Origin: an uncultured Gemmatimonadales bacterium
GTDB taxonomy: Bacteria; Gemmatimonadota; Gemmatimonadetes; Longimicrobiales; Gaopeijiaceae
DNA: 64,000 nucleotides
Reading direction: 5' to 3'
Assembly (NCBI GenBank): GCA_963823035.1
Contig: CAWGKG010000007.1
Coordinates: forward strand, 177,995 to 241,994
Shown here piece by piece: positions 46,673 through 59,463 of the stretch. The position numbers were made by a program, and so were the translations under genes. Position 1 is the stretch's first letter. Each line of letters opens with the position of its first letter. The notes below the pieces were generated by a model. The model saw only the letters and a list, made by a program, of their open reading frames with translations, was not told where the DNA came from and did not search any database.

Positions 46673-47001
46673 CGGGCCGGACCCAGGTCCAGCCGACCCA
46701 CCCGTCGCGCCAGCCGCGCGAGGCGCTCGCCCTCGACGCGCAGCGCGGCCCGGCCGTCGGCGGTGAGCCGGAAGGCGTGGCCGCGACGCGCGTCACCCGG
46801 CGCCGGCCCCGCCTCCTCGATCCACCCGGCGTCCTCGAGCCGCTGGAGCGATCCGTACACGGTGCCAGGACCCATCGCCATCCCCGCGTCCTCTTCGACG
46901 CGCTTCATCACCGCGTACCCGTGCCGGGGCCCCTCCGCGAGGGCCAGGAGGACGTGCAGGACCACCGGGGTCAGCGGCGGGCGGGCGTCGTCGGTCGGCA
47001 T
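46669..47001 (-). CDS. PadR family regulator
   Basis: LHVLLALAEGPRHGYAVM, GPGTVYGSLQRL, FRLTADGR. Confidence 0.92.
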   Translation of the reverse strand: MPTDDARPPLTPVVLHVLLALAEGPRHGYAVMKRVEEDAGMAMGPGTVYGSLQRLEDAGWIEEAGPAPGDARRGHAFRLTADGRAALRVEGERLARLARRVGRLDLGPAR

Positions 47002-47017
47002 CGGCAGCTCCGGAGGG

Positions 47018-47051
47018 TATTACGGTTCACGTAATATTACGACCACCGTAA
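47018..47051. promoter_or_regulatory. Tandem palindromic PadR operator
   Basis: TATTACG-N5-CGTAATA immediately followed by TTACG-N5-CGTAA. Confidence 0.7.
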
Positions 47052-47080
47052 CTTTCTCGCGTGCGGCCGTCAAGCTTCGT

Positions 47081-48259
47081 CTACCGCGACGTCGGCAGGA
47101 GGTCGACGAGAAACGGGCCGGCGGAGAGCCCCGCGGGTTCGCCCTGCACGCCCTCACCCGCTACTACGCGCGCAGCCGAGAATCCGGCGCCCTCGCGGAC
47201 GGTGAGCACGGCGGAGGAGAGCGTGAAGGTCGCGGCCTCCTCGGGCGCTCGCGCGAGCCCGGAGAGGACATGGAGGAAGGCCCACCGGGAGAAGGGATCC
47301 GCCGGAGCGGCGAAGGCCGTCGCTCCCGGGGAGATGGGCGTCTTCCCCGCGGCCCGCGTGACCGCGAGCGAGCGCAGGTCCAGGCGATCGCCGGCGCCGG
47401 CGAGGGTCACGCGCACGCCGGACCCGAAGCGGTCGCCTTCACCCACGGCGTCGCGCGCGTCCACCACGATCACCCCCGACGCGCCCAGGACCAGGGCGGT
47501 GTCACCGTCCACGACCAGGGCGGTGTTCTCGTCGATGCCGAGGCCCACCGGCAGCGCGTCGGTCGCGAGGGTGGCCACGAGGAGGCGCCCGAACCGCCCG
47601 CGCGCCAGGAAGTGCTGGTCGAGGATCGCCCGCTCGAAGAAGCCCATCCCCCTGCGGATCCACACGCCGTCCACTTCCGAGCGCACGACACCCTGCTCCA
47701 CGGCTGCGGCGCTCGAGCCGGCCGCGATCATCGCGCCGCTCATCATCGCCGCGCCCGCGCTCGACCCCGACACCACGGCTCCTTCCGTCCATCGGCGGTG
47801 GAGGGCGCGGAAGGCGGGCGTGGTGTCCCCGGCCGGGAGGAAGGTGTCGACCACGCGCGACTGATCGCCGCCGGTGAAGAAGTACCCGGCACAGCCCTCG
47901 AGCTCGGCCACGAGCCCGGGGTCGGCCGCGCGCTCGGCGTTCTCCGCCGTGAGGAGAACACCGGTGACCGCGCCGTCGCCGGCGAACCGTCCGAGCGCGG
48001 AGACGGCGGACGCCATCGAGCTTTCGGGCACGCCGCTGGCCGTCGGCAGGACGCAGAGGGGTCCGTCACCCTCACGGCCCGCGACGATCGCCTCGTACAC
48101 GTCGGCGTTGTCCGCATCGAGCGCGCCGCCCACGATCACGAGGCGCCCCGAGCCACGCATGCCCGGCTCCCGGGACGCGTCGGGGGCCCCGCCGCCCGTG
48201 CAGGCGACGAGGCCGAGGCACACGAGGAGGGAGACCGACGGACGCGCCGTCGATATCAT
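47081..48259 (-). CDS. Cyanophycinase-like S51 peptidase, lipoprotein
   Basis: Own ATG with ATGA overlap, lipobox LVAC, LVIVGG, FTGGDQ, GSSAGA, DQHF..RGRFGRL, GIDENT. Confidence 0.85.
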   Translation of the reverse strand: MISTARPSVSLLVCLGLVACTGGGAPDASREPGMRGSGRLVIVGGALDADNADVYEAIVAGREGDGPLCVLPTASGVPESSMASAVSALGRFAGDGAVTGVLLTAENAERAADPGLVAELEGCAGYFFTGGDQSRVVDTFLPAGDTTPAFRALHRRWTEGAVVSGSSAGAAMMSGAMIAAGSSAAAVEQGVVRSEVDGVWIRRGMGFFERAILDQHFLARGRFGRLLVATLATDALPVGLGIDENTALVVDGDTALVLGASGVIVVDARDAVGEGDRFGSGVRVTLAGAGDRLDLRSLAVTRAAGKTPISPGATAFAAPADPFSRWAFLHVLSGLARAPEEAATFTLSSAVLTVREGAGFSAARVVAGEGVQGEPAGLSAGPFLVDLLPTSR

Positions 48260-50248
48260 CCGCGCGGCCAGAAGTTGTTGGCCCGGTCCACGTCCGGGAC
48301 GATGCCCGTGGGGGTCGATCTCCACCCGGGTGATCGACCCGGCGTCGGAGGGAACGTCCACGTCGGCGCTCCGGTGTCCCGCCAGCCAGTACGCGAGCGG
48401 AATCTCGCGCTCCACCATGCCTCCGCTCGTCGTCTGGATACGCACGGTGACCGGAAAGGGTGCGTCGCCGCGGTTCGCGATGTGGACCGTCCCACCACCA
48501 CCGGGACGGGGATCCACCGAGACGGCGTCGAAATCCACGTTCCAGGTCTCGTAGTAGAACGAGCTCCAGAACCAGTCGAGGTCCTCGCCGGCGTAGCGCT
48601 CGAAGGTGTTGAAGAAGTCCCACGGCGTCGGGTGCTTGTACGCCCACTCCGAGATGAAGTCGCGGTACGCCTCCGTCCACTTCTCCTCACCCATCAGCGA
48701 GCGCAGGGTCACCATCATCGTCGCGGGTTTGGCATACGACGCGATGCCGTACCCGGGCCCAGGCTCGTACCAATCGCCGTGGCGCATCATGCTCTGTTCG
48801 AGCCCCGCGGCCGCGACCTGCAGGTATTGGCGCGCCTCGAGCCGCTCGTGGTCGACCCCGGGCCAGTACTCCGTCTCGGCCTGCAGGTCCAGGTAGTCGG
48901 TCGAGCCCTCGTCGATCCACGCGTGCCGGCGCTCGTTGCTGCCGACGATCATCGGGATCCACTCGTGGGCCAGCTCGTGCGAAGTGACGCTGAAGAGGTT
49001 CTGCGCGCCGCCGCCCAGGTACGGCCCCATGAGCGTCATCATCGGGAACTCCATCCCGCCGCCGATGATGTCCGCGCCCTCGACCGACGTCATGTGTGGC
49101 CAGGGGTAGGCGTATCCCGTGTAGCGCGAGTGGTGCTCGATCGACTGCTTGGCGTACTTCCACTCGTTCTCCCAGAGGGGCGCACGGTTCTCCCTCCAGA
49201 ACGCGTTGATCAGGACGCGGTCGTCCTGCCCGTCGCCGTCCCTGTCGGGCACGAGCGCCGAGGTGGCGTCCCAGCGCTGTGCGTTCGACGTCGTCCACGT
49301 GAAGTCACGCACCGAATCCGCGTGGAAGCGGAACGTCAGCGAGCTCCCTGCTCTCGCGGTGGTGACCCTGCCTGCGCGCAGTTCCGCCGGCGTGGCCACC
49401 TCGACCTTCTCGTCCGAGACGCGGGCCGAATCCAGCCGCGCGAGCGTCTGCGCCGTGTACACGTCCGTCGGGTTCTGGAGCTCGCCGGTGGCCCACAGCG
49501 TCCACCCGGCCGGAACGGTGAGCGCCACGTCGTAGTCGCCGTAGTCCTCGTAGAACTCGGCCTGCGACATGTAGGGCTCGGCGTCCCATCCGCGCAGGTC
49601 GTCGAAGACCGCCATCTTCGGGAACCAATAGGCGACCAGGTACACCTCCTTCTCGGAGTAGCCCATGCGCCCGGCTCCGTTTTGCGGGAGCGTCACGCTC
49701 CAGTCGAACGCGAGGCTCACGCTGTCGCCCGCCTCGACCGGCGCGGGCGGCCTGATCGTCATGACCGTGCCGTTCACGCGGTAGGACGGCCCCCGCCCCG
49801 GGTCGCCCTCTTCGAGCGGCTGGCCGGCGACCGTCACCTTCTGCAGGTGGACGCCGCCGGTGATCTCGGCGGTGTCGTTCCGCACGACGCCCTCCTTGTG
49901 GAGGTTCTGGTAGAGGTTCACCACCAGGATGCGCAGCGACACGGGCGACCGGTTCAGGTACTGGATCGTCTCGCTTCCCTCGAGTAGCGCGGTGGTCGGG
50001 TTCAGGCGCGCGTCGACATCGTACCGTGCCCAGTTCGTCCAGTACGAGGGACCGGGACTTCCCGTCCGGGTGCGGGTGCTTCGCTGGACGGCCGCGTCGA
50101 AGAACCGCGGGGCCTCCACGGGGGCCGGGATCGGCGCGCCCAGGCTGTCGCTCTGCGCATGCAGCGCCGCGGGTGCCGTCATGGACGCCAGCAGCCCCCC
50201 TGCGAGCGCGTAGCCACCGATCCGACGTCGAGCCGATCCTGCGGTCAT
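48256..50248 (-). CDS. M1 family metallo-aminopeptidase, exported (frameshift near 48312)
   Basis: GGMEF, HELAH..W.DEG, YAKP; true C-terminus IVPDVDRANNFWPRG lies in ORF 48256..48690. Confidence 0.88.
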
Positions 50249-50261
50249 CCCTCCCCCTTCT

Positions 50262-51146
50262 TCAAGGATTGCGTTCCACATAGAACTTCACGCCCGCCCA
50301 GTCCGTGGCGGCGGCGAACATGTCGAAATACCGCGCCACCTCTTCCCGACCGAGGAACGGCGCGAGCTCGTCCCTCACCTCGCGTTCGTATCGCGCGGCG
50401 TCGTCTCCGTCGCCCTCGACCACGGCACGGCGGACCCTCGCCTCCACCGCGGCGAGGCGCTCCCCGAGCTGGCGCACCCGATCCGTCACGTTCCCGTGGA
50501 TTCCGAAGTGCGTCGCACCGAAGCGCTCAGGAGCTACCACGGATATGGCTTGGAGGGTCCGCTCCCATGCGCGCAGATCGACGGCCGGGGGCGGCGTCGG
50601 CGGGTGCGAGGGGGCATCGTCGGAGAGCACGATGCCCATGGAGTCCCCCGCGAACAGGGTGCCGTCGCGCTCGTCCAGATACGCCAGGTGGTGAGAGATG
50701 TGACCCGGCGTCGGAAGGGCGCGCAGCCCCTTCCACGGTCCGCGCTCCCCGGGGGACCAGGCGCGGATGCGATCGGCGGGAACGGGAAGCACCTCGCCCC
50801 ACAGCCGATCGTGGTTCTCTCCGAAGGTCCTGCGCGTGCTCGCCACCAGCCGCTCGGGAGCCGCCATGTGGGGCGCCCCGTCCTCGTGCACGTGCACCGT
50901 GGCGCGAGGGTAGGCCCGCACGAGGTGGCCGGAGGATCCGGCGTGGTCGAGGTGCACATGCGTGAGCACGATGTGACGAAGGTCGGACGCGCCGATACCC
51001 AGCTCGGCCAGCCCCTCCCGGAGACGGTCCAGCGTGGTCGTCGGTCCCGGATCGATCACCGTCGGCTCGTCGCCCGCGAGAACGTAGGCGGCGATCGCCC
51101 CCGTGAGATCGAGGTGCAGCAGGTCCAGGCAGTGCGTCATTCCCAA
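50262..51146 (-). CDS. MBL-fold metallo-hydrolase
   Basis: THVHLDHAG, TPGH, FAGD, THFG. Confidence 0.9.
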   Translation of the reverse strand: MGMTHCLDLLHLDLTGAIAAYVLAGDEPTVIDPGPTTTLDRLREGLAELGIGASDLRHIVLTHVHLDHAGSSGHLVRAYPRATVHVHEDGAPHMAAPERLVASTRRTFGENHDRLWGEVLPVPADRIRAWSPGERGPWKGLRALPTPGHISHHLAYLDERDGTLFAGDSMGIVLSDDAPSHPPTPPPAVDLRAWERTLQAISVVAPERFGATHFGIHGNVTDRVRQLGERLAAVEARVRRAVVEGDGDDAARYEREVRDELAPFLGREEVARYFDMFAAATDWAGVKFYVERNP

Positions 51147-51231
51147 CCCCCGTGGAAGTAGAAGGGGGCGCCCCCGCAGGAGCGCCCCCGGACCGAGCTG
51201 GTCGTCACGCCGGACACATGGCGTCCAGGTA

Positions 51232-52539
<1,308 letters not shown>

Positions 52540-52669
52540 CGTGTCTCCGTTACGTCGAAAGGGCCGGCCCGTGCGGCCGCTCGAGGGCCCGTCATGCGGA
52601 TCGAGCCAGTAACTATACCGATTCCCCAGGCACCTCCCAAGGGCGACGACCCTGCCGGATTCCGCTGCC

Positions 52670-53401
52670 TCACAGGTGCTCGCGACCGGTCACCGTCTCG
52701 GGCGCCCACGAGCCGTCCGAGTACCTGCGCATCGGCACCACGGCCACGGACCACGGCGTGCCGGATTCGGCCACGAACGGATAATCATGCGTGAAACCCG
52801 CGATCCCCCAGTCGGCGTTCGTCAGATGGGGGAGGTAGATCATCACGTGCGGGCGCCACGCGGCGAAGTCGGGCCCCAGGTCCTGACCGGGAGACATCAT
52901 GTACGCCATGGCACCGGGCTCCGGGAGCGACAGCGTCCCGCCGATCTCTCCTTCGATCGTGGCGTCCACCCGCTCGGCCGGGACACCCTCGAGGAGAAGG
53001 CGCGTGCGCTCCCGCTGCCACGGCATCACGGACCGAGCCGCCTTCTCGTTCAGGCAGTGTGGCGCCCTCACCTTCGCGTCGAACACGTCGGGGTGCAGGC
53101 GACGATTCCCCTCGGGGCCGACCAGGATCGGGCCCGACCACCCCCTTCCCACGAAGCACACGAAGCCGTTCGAGCCCTCGGCCACCCTCTCGTATCCGGA
53201 TGGGGTCAGCACCCAGATCGCCGCCTCGTCACCCAGGTGGTTCGGGGCGGCGGACCGCGCCAGGGCGATCTCGCCGTCACGCTCCATCAGGTAGGGCGTC
53301 ACGTCCGTGAGGCGGGTTCCCTGCGCCGCGACCGAGGGTGGAAGGGCGAGCGGCACCAGGGCGAGGGCGGCGGTTGCGATCCGGATGGGGGACATCGGCA
53401 C
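52670..53401 (-). CDS. Exported hypothetical protein
   Basis: Signal peptide, ALARSAAP, GSNGFVCFV, AMAYMMS, PHVMIY. Confidence 0.7.
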   Translation of the reverse strand: MPMSPIRIATAALALVPLALPPSVAAQGTRLTDVTPYLMERDGEIALARSAAPNHLGDEAAIWVLTPSGYERVAEGSNGFVCFVGRGWSGPILVGPEGNRRLHPDVFDAKVRAPHCLNEKAARSVMPWQRERTRLLLEGVPAERVDATIEGEIGGTLSLPEPGAMAYMMSPGQDLGPDFAAWRPHVMIYLPHLTNADWGIAGFTHDYPFVAESGTPWSVAVVPMRRYSDGSWAPETVTGREHL

Positions 53402-53519
53402 CTCCTTCGGTCGACGTTGGCAGTTGTATATGCATGTTACGTCGTTCCGGGGGCGCCGCTTTCACGTGCGGGGCCGGGTTCCAGCCGGGACGGGGCGGGC
53501 CGCAGCGGCCTCGTGTCTT

Positions 53520-53981
53520 CTAGAGCGGGATGAGTGGATTCACCGCGTGCGAGAGCTCGCGGATCGCGCTTTGCCCATCGGGGCCGAACAGTTCCTCCGC
53601 CCAGCGGTGGGCACGCTCCCACGCGGGTGCGGCCTCGGCGAGCAGGCGGAAGCCCTCGGGGGCCACCACCAGGTAGTGGCTTCGGCGATCCTCCGCGGGG
53701 ATCGTCGCGAGCCACCGGCTCTCGATCATGCGCGCGACGTTCCGGGAGATCGTCGAGGCGTCCATCATGAGGTAGGGCTGCATATCCGTCGGCGACATCT
53801 GCTCGAGCATCGCCACCACGGCGAGGATCGTCATCTGGTTGGCCGTCAGGCCGACGTCGCGTAGCTCGGCGTCGTAGCGTCCGGTGACGACGCGGCTCAG
53901 CAGCCGGATCCGTCCCGCAAGGCACTCGTGGATCACCCGCCGGGCGGCGTCGATGCCTTCGCGATGCGTGTCCGTGGCCAT
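53520..53981 (-). CDS. MarR family regulator
   Basis: CLAGRIRLLSR..YD..L..GLT..Q, MDASTISRN, EDRR. Confidence 0.9.
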   Translation of the reverse strand: MATDTHREGIDAARRVIHECLAGRIRLLSRVVTGRYDAELRDVGLTANQMTILAVVAMLEQMSPTDMQPYLMMDASTISRNVARMIESRWLATIPAEDRRSHYLVVAPEGFRLLAEAAPAWERAHRWAEELFGPDGQSAIRELSHAVNPLIPL

Positions 53982-54292
53982 GGCGCTCCCCGGGACCGTG
54001 CGATGGGCTTGGATTGGGTCCCCTCGCCGAATCTCACCCGCGCTTCGACGGATGACAAGCGACGCCCGCTATCGGACGCATGGCGCCGGGGGCCCGCGAA
54101 AACGCCCCAGCCGAGGCAGCAGGCAGCGGACCGGACGACCGCCCCTTGTAGATACAAGGTTCTTGCAGGAAGGGGGCCGCCGGGGCGTGGGCGGGTTGCC
54201 TTCCCGAGCCCCGTCGCCGTACCCTGCGACGCGCCCGGGACTCCGGGCGACGCCCCCCGCTCGAGACGCACCCTCGCAAGGACGGAGAAGGG

Positions 54293-54710
54293 ATGAGCGA
54301 GAAGACGGTGACGCTCACTGGATGGAAGGCGCTGGTCGTCCTCGTCGTCGTCGTCGGCGCGGTGGTCTTCCGCGTCACCACGGCCCGCGCACAAGCTCGA
54401 TACGCAGGGGCGCCTCGCGCTCGAAGCCTGGGTCAAGGGGGAGATGATCCGCCCCATCCTGGCGGACAGCACCCGGTCGCTCCTGGAGCGAGGCGTCGCC
54501 ATCGTGGGAGCATCCTCCGTGACGATCCGGGAGATCGCCGTCCGCGGCCCGCTGGACGGCGCCGTCGCACGGATCGAGCTGGCCCCGAACCCGGCATTCC
54601 CTCCGGGCACCGACCTGGTGCGCTACTACCGCGTGCGCTATTCGGAGATCACCGGGTGGACCCACGCCGGCCGGGCCAACGTCCTGAGTTGGTACCTGGC
54701 GGCCTTCTGA
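54293..54710 (+). CDS. Small membrane-anchored hypothetical protein (frameshift near 54395)
   Basis: GGAG ribosome-binding site, N-terminal TM; continues in ORF 54444..54710. Confidence 0.55.
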
Positions 54711-54787
54711 GGAGCGACAGGGGAGATCCGCGGCGATGCGTCCGAACGGGCCGCCCCGTCGCTCCCCGGGCGGGCCGCGAACGCCGG

Positions 54788-56215
54788 ATGACCGCCATCC
54801 TGCAGGACGCGGGTACGCGCTCAAGCCGCTCCGCGGGAGCGTTCCTTCTTCGTCTTCGCCGCCCTGATCCTCGGACTGGGCATAGGTGCGAACACGGCAG
54901 TCTTCAGAGCGAAGAGCCCGCAAGCTGCGCCCGCCCTCACGAGCCCCGTCGGACTGCGCCCGGGACGGGAGCCCGCGCCCTCGGGGTAGGTGGCGCGCGA
55001 CTTCCTCGAGGTCCTGGGCGTTCCGCCGCTCCTCGGACGCAACTTCGTGGAGGAGGAGGGCGTGTGGGACGGCCGCCCAGCGGCCATCCTCACCCACGGT
55101 TCTGGACGCGGCGCTTCGCCGGGGACGCCTCCGTGGTCGGCACGACCATCGTACTCAACGACGTCCCGACGGAGATCGTGGGCGTGCTGCCGGCCGGGTG
55201 GTGGCGGGCACCACCGCGGTGACGATCCCCCTCCTCAGCGCGGTCTCCGTCGACTGCTCGGCCCTCCGTTCACACTGGCCATGGCGCTGGTCGCGGGGCT
55301 CGTCATGGGTACCGTGCCCGCCCTCCAGATGGCCCGCTCCGGCGAGGCCGCGACGCTCAACGACGCGAGCCGCGGGACCAGCGAGGGAAAGCGCGGCACC
55401 GCCGCGCGAGAGGCGCTCGTCGTGGTCGAGATGCCCTCGCGCTCGTCCTCCGGTGGGTGGAGGGCTGCTTCTCCGGAGCTTCGTGAACGTCCTGGACGTC
55501 GACCTCGGCTTCGAGCCCGAGGGGGCGGCGGCGTGGCGTGTGGACACGAACCGGTCCTTCGAGCGCGCGCGAGCGCGCCGCCGGCTACGACGACCTCCTC
55601 GTCCGTCGCGGCGCTCCCGGCGTGATCGCGGCCGGCCTCAACCGTCACCACCCCGGCTGGGAAGGAACCGGAGCGGGGGATGGCGTCGAGGGGGTCTCCT
55701 ACGAGCGCGGGGACTGGGCGCGGTTTATCGCGGCCGCCTGGTGACCACCGCTAGGTCGAGACCATGGAGATCCCCCTCTTCGCTGGCCCGCTGGTCGGCG
55801 CGGAGGATCGCGCGCGCTCATCGCGTCGGATGATCAAGCAGGTGGTGGAACGGGCGCACGGCGGTGAGGATCCCCTGGGGAGGAGGCTGCTCAGCGCGGA
55901 CGACGAGCCGTGGAGGTGCTCGGGCCTCGCGGCAACGTGCGCCATGTCGCTGGCGCAGGGCGCCACCTCCGAGGTCTATGTCCCGTACCCGCCCTCAATG
56001 GGCCAGGTCCGGCGGGGCCGCGATCGTGAGACGACGCGGCTCGCGGGACCAGCGAGACTGCACCGCCGCCCGCGCGCTCGGCGTGGTCGAGATGGCCCTC
56101 GGTGACGTTCGTGGCCACCTCCGGAGGGCTGATGCTGCTGGCGCTCCTGGCCGGCTACCTGCCGGCGCGGCGGGCGTCGCGCGTGGATCCGGTGGAGGCG
56201 CTCCGCGCCATGTGA
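54788..56215 (+). pseudogene. Heavily disrupted ADOP permease
   Basis: Collinear fragments MTAILQD, LILGLGIGANTAVF, DFLEVLGV.PLLGRNF, GLLLRSF..DLGFEP, YLPARRASRVDPVEALR in shifting frames; 1.4 kb versus 2.4+ kb for intact paralogs. Confidence 0.75.
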
Positions 56216-56333
56216 GGCCGCGCGTTGGGGCGGGGTGCGCTCGGATAGCGCCCTGAAAGGTAGGCGAGGCGGGTGTGGTAGCCGATGACCGGCACTACTT
56301 CCAACCGGAACGGATCCGCGTTATTATCTCGAT

Positions 56334-56349
56334 GTTCGATATATCGAAC
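56334..56349. promoter_or_regulatory. Perfect 16-bp palindrome, probable PadR operator
   Basis: GTTCGATATATCGAAC, 24 nt upstream of the PadR ATG. Confidence 0.7.
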
Positions 56350-56373
56350 CTCTATGCTTTGGGCTGCCCACCC

Positions 56374-56719
56374 ATGAAGCGACGATCGGTCGAGATCCGC
56401 ACGCTGACGCCGAGCTGCAACGAGGTGCTGATCCTGACGGCCCTCGAGAGGGGGGCGGGACACGGCTACCAGCTCGCGCTGGACCTGGAGGAGCGGAGCG
56501 GGGGCTTCTTCGAGTTCAAGCACGGCACGCTGTATCCGATCCTGCACAAGCTCGAGAAGGAGGGCCTGATCGAGGGGACGTGGTCGGACGAGGGGCAGCG
56601 GGGCAAGCGTCGCCACTACGGCGTGACGCAGAAGGGAAAGGAGTACGCGCGAGCTCAGCGAGAGGCGTGGCGGACCTTCGTGGATCGCTCTTCGAGTCAT
56701 CGGGAGGATGGAGGAATGA
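56374..56719 (+). CDS. PadR family regulator (3' indel makes an apparent fusion)
   Basis: HGYQLA, GTLYPILHKLE, RRHYGVT.KG; probable stop at ATGA 56716-56719. Confidence 0.85.
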
Positions 56720-57510
56720 GCCGGTTCACAGCGGTGCTGCGTGACATCAGCGAGCGCCTGAGCCTGCCGCACCGCGCCCGCGGGAGGGTCCTGCTGGAGA
56801 TCGCGGGCGACCTGGACGATCTCTATCGGGCGTTCCGGGCGAAGGGGGCTTCGGAGGAGGAGGCAGAGCGGGAGGCGCTGGAACACGTCGACCTCTCGGA
56901 CGATGCCCTCCGCGAGCTCGCGTACGTCCACGGGGGGTGGTTCCGCAGCTTGAGCGACAGCGTGGCGGAGCGCGCCGGCGTTCGCTGGGAGACACCGTTC
57001 TCGGTCTGCTGGTCCTCGCGACCGTCTTCCTGAGCGGAGCCGTGCTCCAGGCGGTACCGATGGCACGGGCGGCGGGCCTGTGGCTGGTGCCCGTCGCGGG
57101 TCGTGGCCGCCACGACGCTGGGGATCGGCACCTGGAAGGCCTGGGTCCTCTGGCTCCGCGGCGATCATCGACCGCACGGGCTGCACACCGGGCTCGGCAC
57201 CATGCTCGGGCTCTCGGTGCTGCAGCTCTTCCTGGCGTTCGCGGGCTTGGGAGCCACGGCGTGGGGAACGCTCCGCGCCGTCCGGCTCGAGCCCGCCCTC
57301 GCCGGCCCCTCGACGCTGCAGTGGCTGCTGAGCGCACTGGCCCTGCTGGTCATGGGCCTGAGCCTCGCGCTGGTCGGGGGCCTCGTGTGGTTCTTCCTCC
57401 TGGGGAGGGTGGTCTCCATCGAACGCGCCGAGGCCGCCACGCTGCTCGCCCTCGACGCCCCGCCTGACGGACTACGCACGCACGGTGACACGATCGATCT
57501 GGAGGGTTGA
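56716..57510 (+). CDS. Membrane protein with HAAS/permease-prefix-like N-terminal domain (frameshifts near 56995 and 57100)
   Basis: LRDISERL.LP...RVLLEIAGDLDD..F..KG.SEEEA, followed by about 4-5 TM segments. Confidence 0.65.
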
Positions 57511-57515
57511 ACGCC

Positions 57516-59305
57516 ATGTTGCGCCTTATTCGCTACGCCGGACCCTTGGCGACGCCGCTCGCGATCCTCACGATCCTCATCGCGGCGCTCATCCTCCGCG
57601 CCTCGCTCCGCGCCCGGAGCGACCCGGACGATGCCGACGGGGGTGCCACGCCTCGTCCGGCCGCGATCCTGTTCTGGGGGTTCGTGGCCGCGATCCTCGG
57701 CTTCCTGGCGCAATGCGCGGCCCTGTACCGCATCATGAGCACGGTGGTCGGCGCCGAGGCGCTGTCCCCCGAGATCGTGGCCGAGGGCTTCGCGGCCAGC
57801 TTCGTGACGACGCTGTGGGGCGTGGGTCTCCTGCTGGTGGCGGGGTTGGCGTGGCTGCTCCTGCGCGGGTCGGCACGACGCCGCGTGGCCGCTGCCGCCG
57901 TCCTGTTGCTCCTCCCGGCCGGCTTCTCCGGCTGCTCGTCCGGCGCCTCGCAGGCACCGGGCGACATCGCGCAGGGAGTGTGGGTCGGGAGCGGCGGACC
58001 GGACACGTTCCTCTTCGACCTCCGGGGAGCCGCCCCTGACTCCCTCTTCGGCGCCGTCCACGTCATGCGCGGCGGCAGGATGGACTCGGAGCTCGGCATC
58101 ACGCGGGCGTCGTATCGCCCGCCGGAGCTGGAGATGTACATCCAGAGCACGAACGCGACGTACCGGGGACGGGTCGATCTCGCCCGGGGCCGCATCACCG
58201 GCGGACTGAGCTTCGGAGATCAGCCGGGTGCTCCGATGGAGCTGCGCTGGATGGACCCGGCCGGCCTCCCGGGCTTCGCGGCCCTGGCCGGCGACGCAGC
58301 CCTACGCGTACCGGCAGCCGACGGACGGCGCGGACGGATGGCCGACCGCGGCGCCCGAGGACGTCGGCCTCGACCGGAGCGCCGTGGAGGCCCTGGTCAG
58401 GGCCGTGGCCCACGACGGCGCGGGGCTGATCCACTCCCTCCAGATCGTCCGCGGCGGAAAGCTCGTGCTGGACGAGTACTTCCACGGCTACACGGCCAGC
58501 GACCTGCATCGGCTCGCGTCCGCCACGAAGAGCGTCGCGTCCCTCCTGGTGGGCGCCGCCATCGACCGCGGTCGCATCCCGGGCGTCGACGCGCCGCTCC
58601 TGCCACTGCTGGGTCGCTCCGGCGACGGCGCGGCGCCGGCGTGGAGGAAGGAGACGCTCGGCGACCTGCTGACGATGTCCATGGGGCTGGATTGGAGCGC
58701 GGAGGAGGCGCGCAGCGTCCACGGCACGGGCCCGGCGTTCTTCGAGAAGGTGCTCGCGCGCGAGGTGGTCACGGCCCCCGGAACGAAGTGGGACTACGTG
58801 AGCGCGAACGTGAACCTGCTCGCGGGCGTGATCTTCAACGCGACCGGCGTGCACGCGGACGCCTTCGCGCGGGAGATCCTCTTCGGGCCGCTCGGCATCG
58901 CGACCTCCGACTGGGAGTACGGCAAGGAGCGCGGCTACAACCTCATGGACGGGAGCCTGCAGCTGAGGCCGCGCGACCTCGCCAAGATCGGGGCCATGGT
59001 GGCGCAGGGCGGGCGCTGGAACGGCGCGCAGGTGATCTCCGAGGCGTGGATCCGGGAATCCACGCGAAGCCACCTCGCGACCGGACAGCCGCTTGGAGGC
59101 TACGGCTACCTGTGGTGGACGGGCGAGCTGCCGTCGGCCGGCGGGGTGCAGCCGATCGTCGTGGCGAACGGGATGGGGAAGCCAGTTCATCGCCCTCTTC
59201 CCCGCCCTCGACCTGGTGGTGGTCAGCACGGGCGGCAACGACGACAACGGACGCCACATGGATCTGGGGATGGTGCTGACCCGCACGCTCCTGGCCTCGA
59301 TGTAG
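57516..59305 (+). CDS. ExbB/MotA-like 3-TM domain joined to class C beta-lactamase-like serine hydrolase (frameshifts near 58297 and 59178)
   Basis: AILGFLAQ..LSPEIVAEG..FVTTLWG; internal lipobox-like FSGC; SATK, LLTMSMGL, YVS, RDLAKIG, YGYLWW, ANG. Confidence 0.75.
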
Positions 59306-59463
59306 CCGGAAGGCGGAGCCGACCCGGCAGCCGGGCCATTACCGACGGCGAGGTTGGTAGGGGGTCGCGTCGGAGAGCGTATCCATGGGTGATGGGACGT
59401 TCACGGCGCTGGCCGACGGCGGACGCACGGCCGCCGCTCCGTCGCGGACCACCGCGACCCCTG

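Noticed and set aside
47081..50281. Novel M1 peptidase-cyanophycinase fusion (1066 aa)
   Set aside because: The true M1 C-terminus (PDVDRANN) is in another frame, and the second gene has its own ATG and lipobox
56275..57033. PadR-HAAS fusion protein
   Set aside because: GGAGG and an ATGA overlap at 56716 indicate two genes joined by indels
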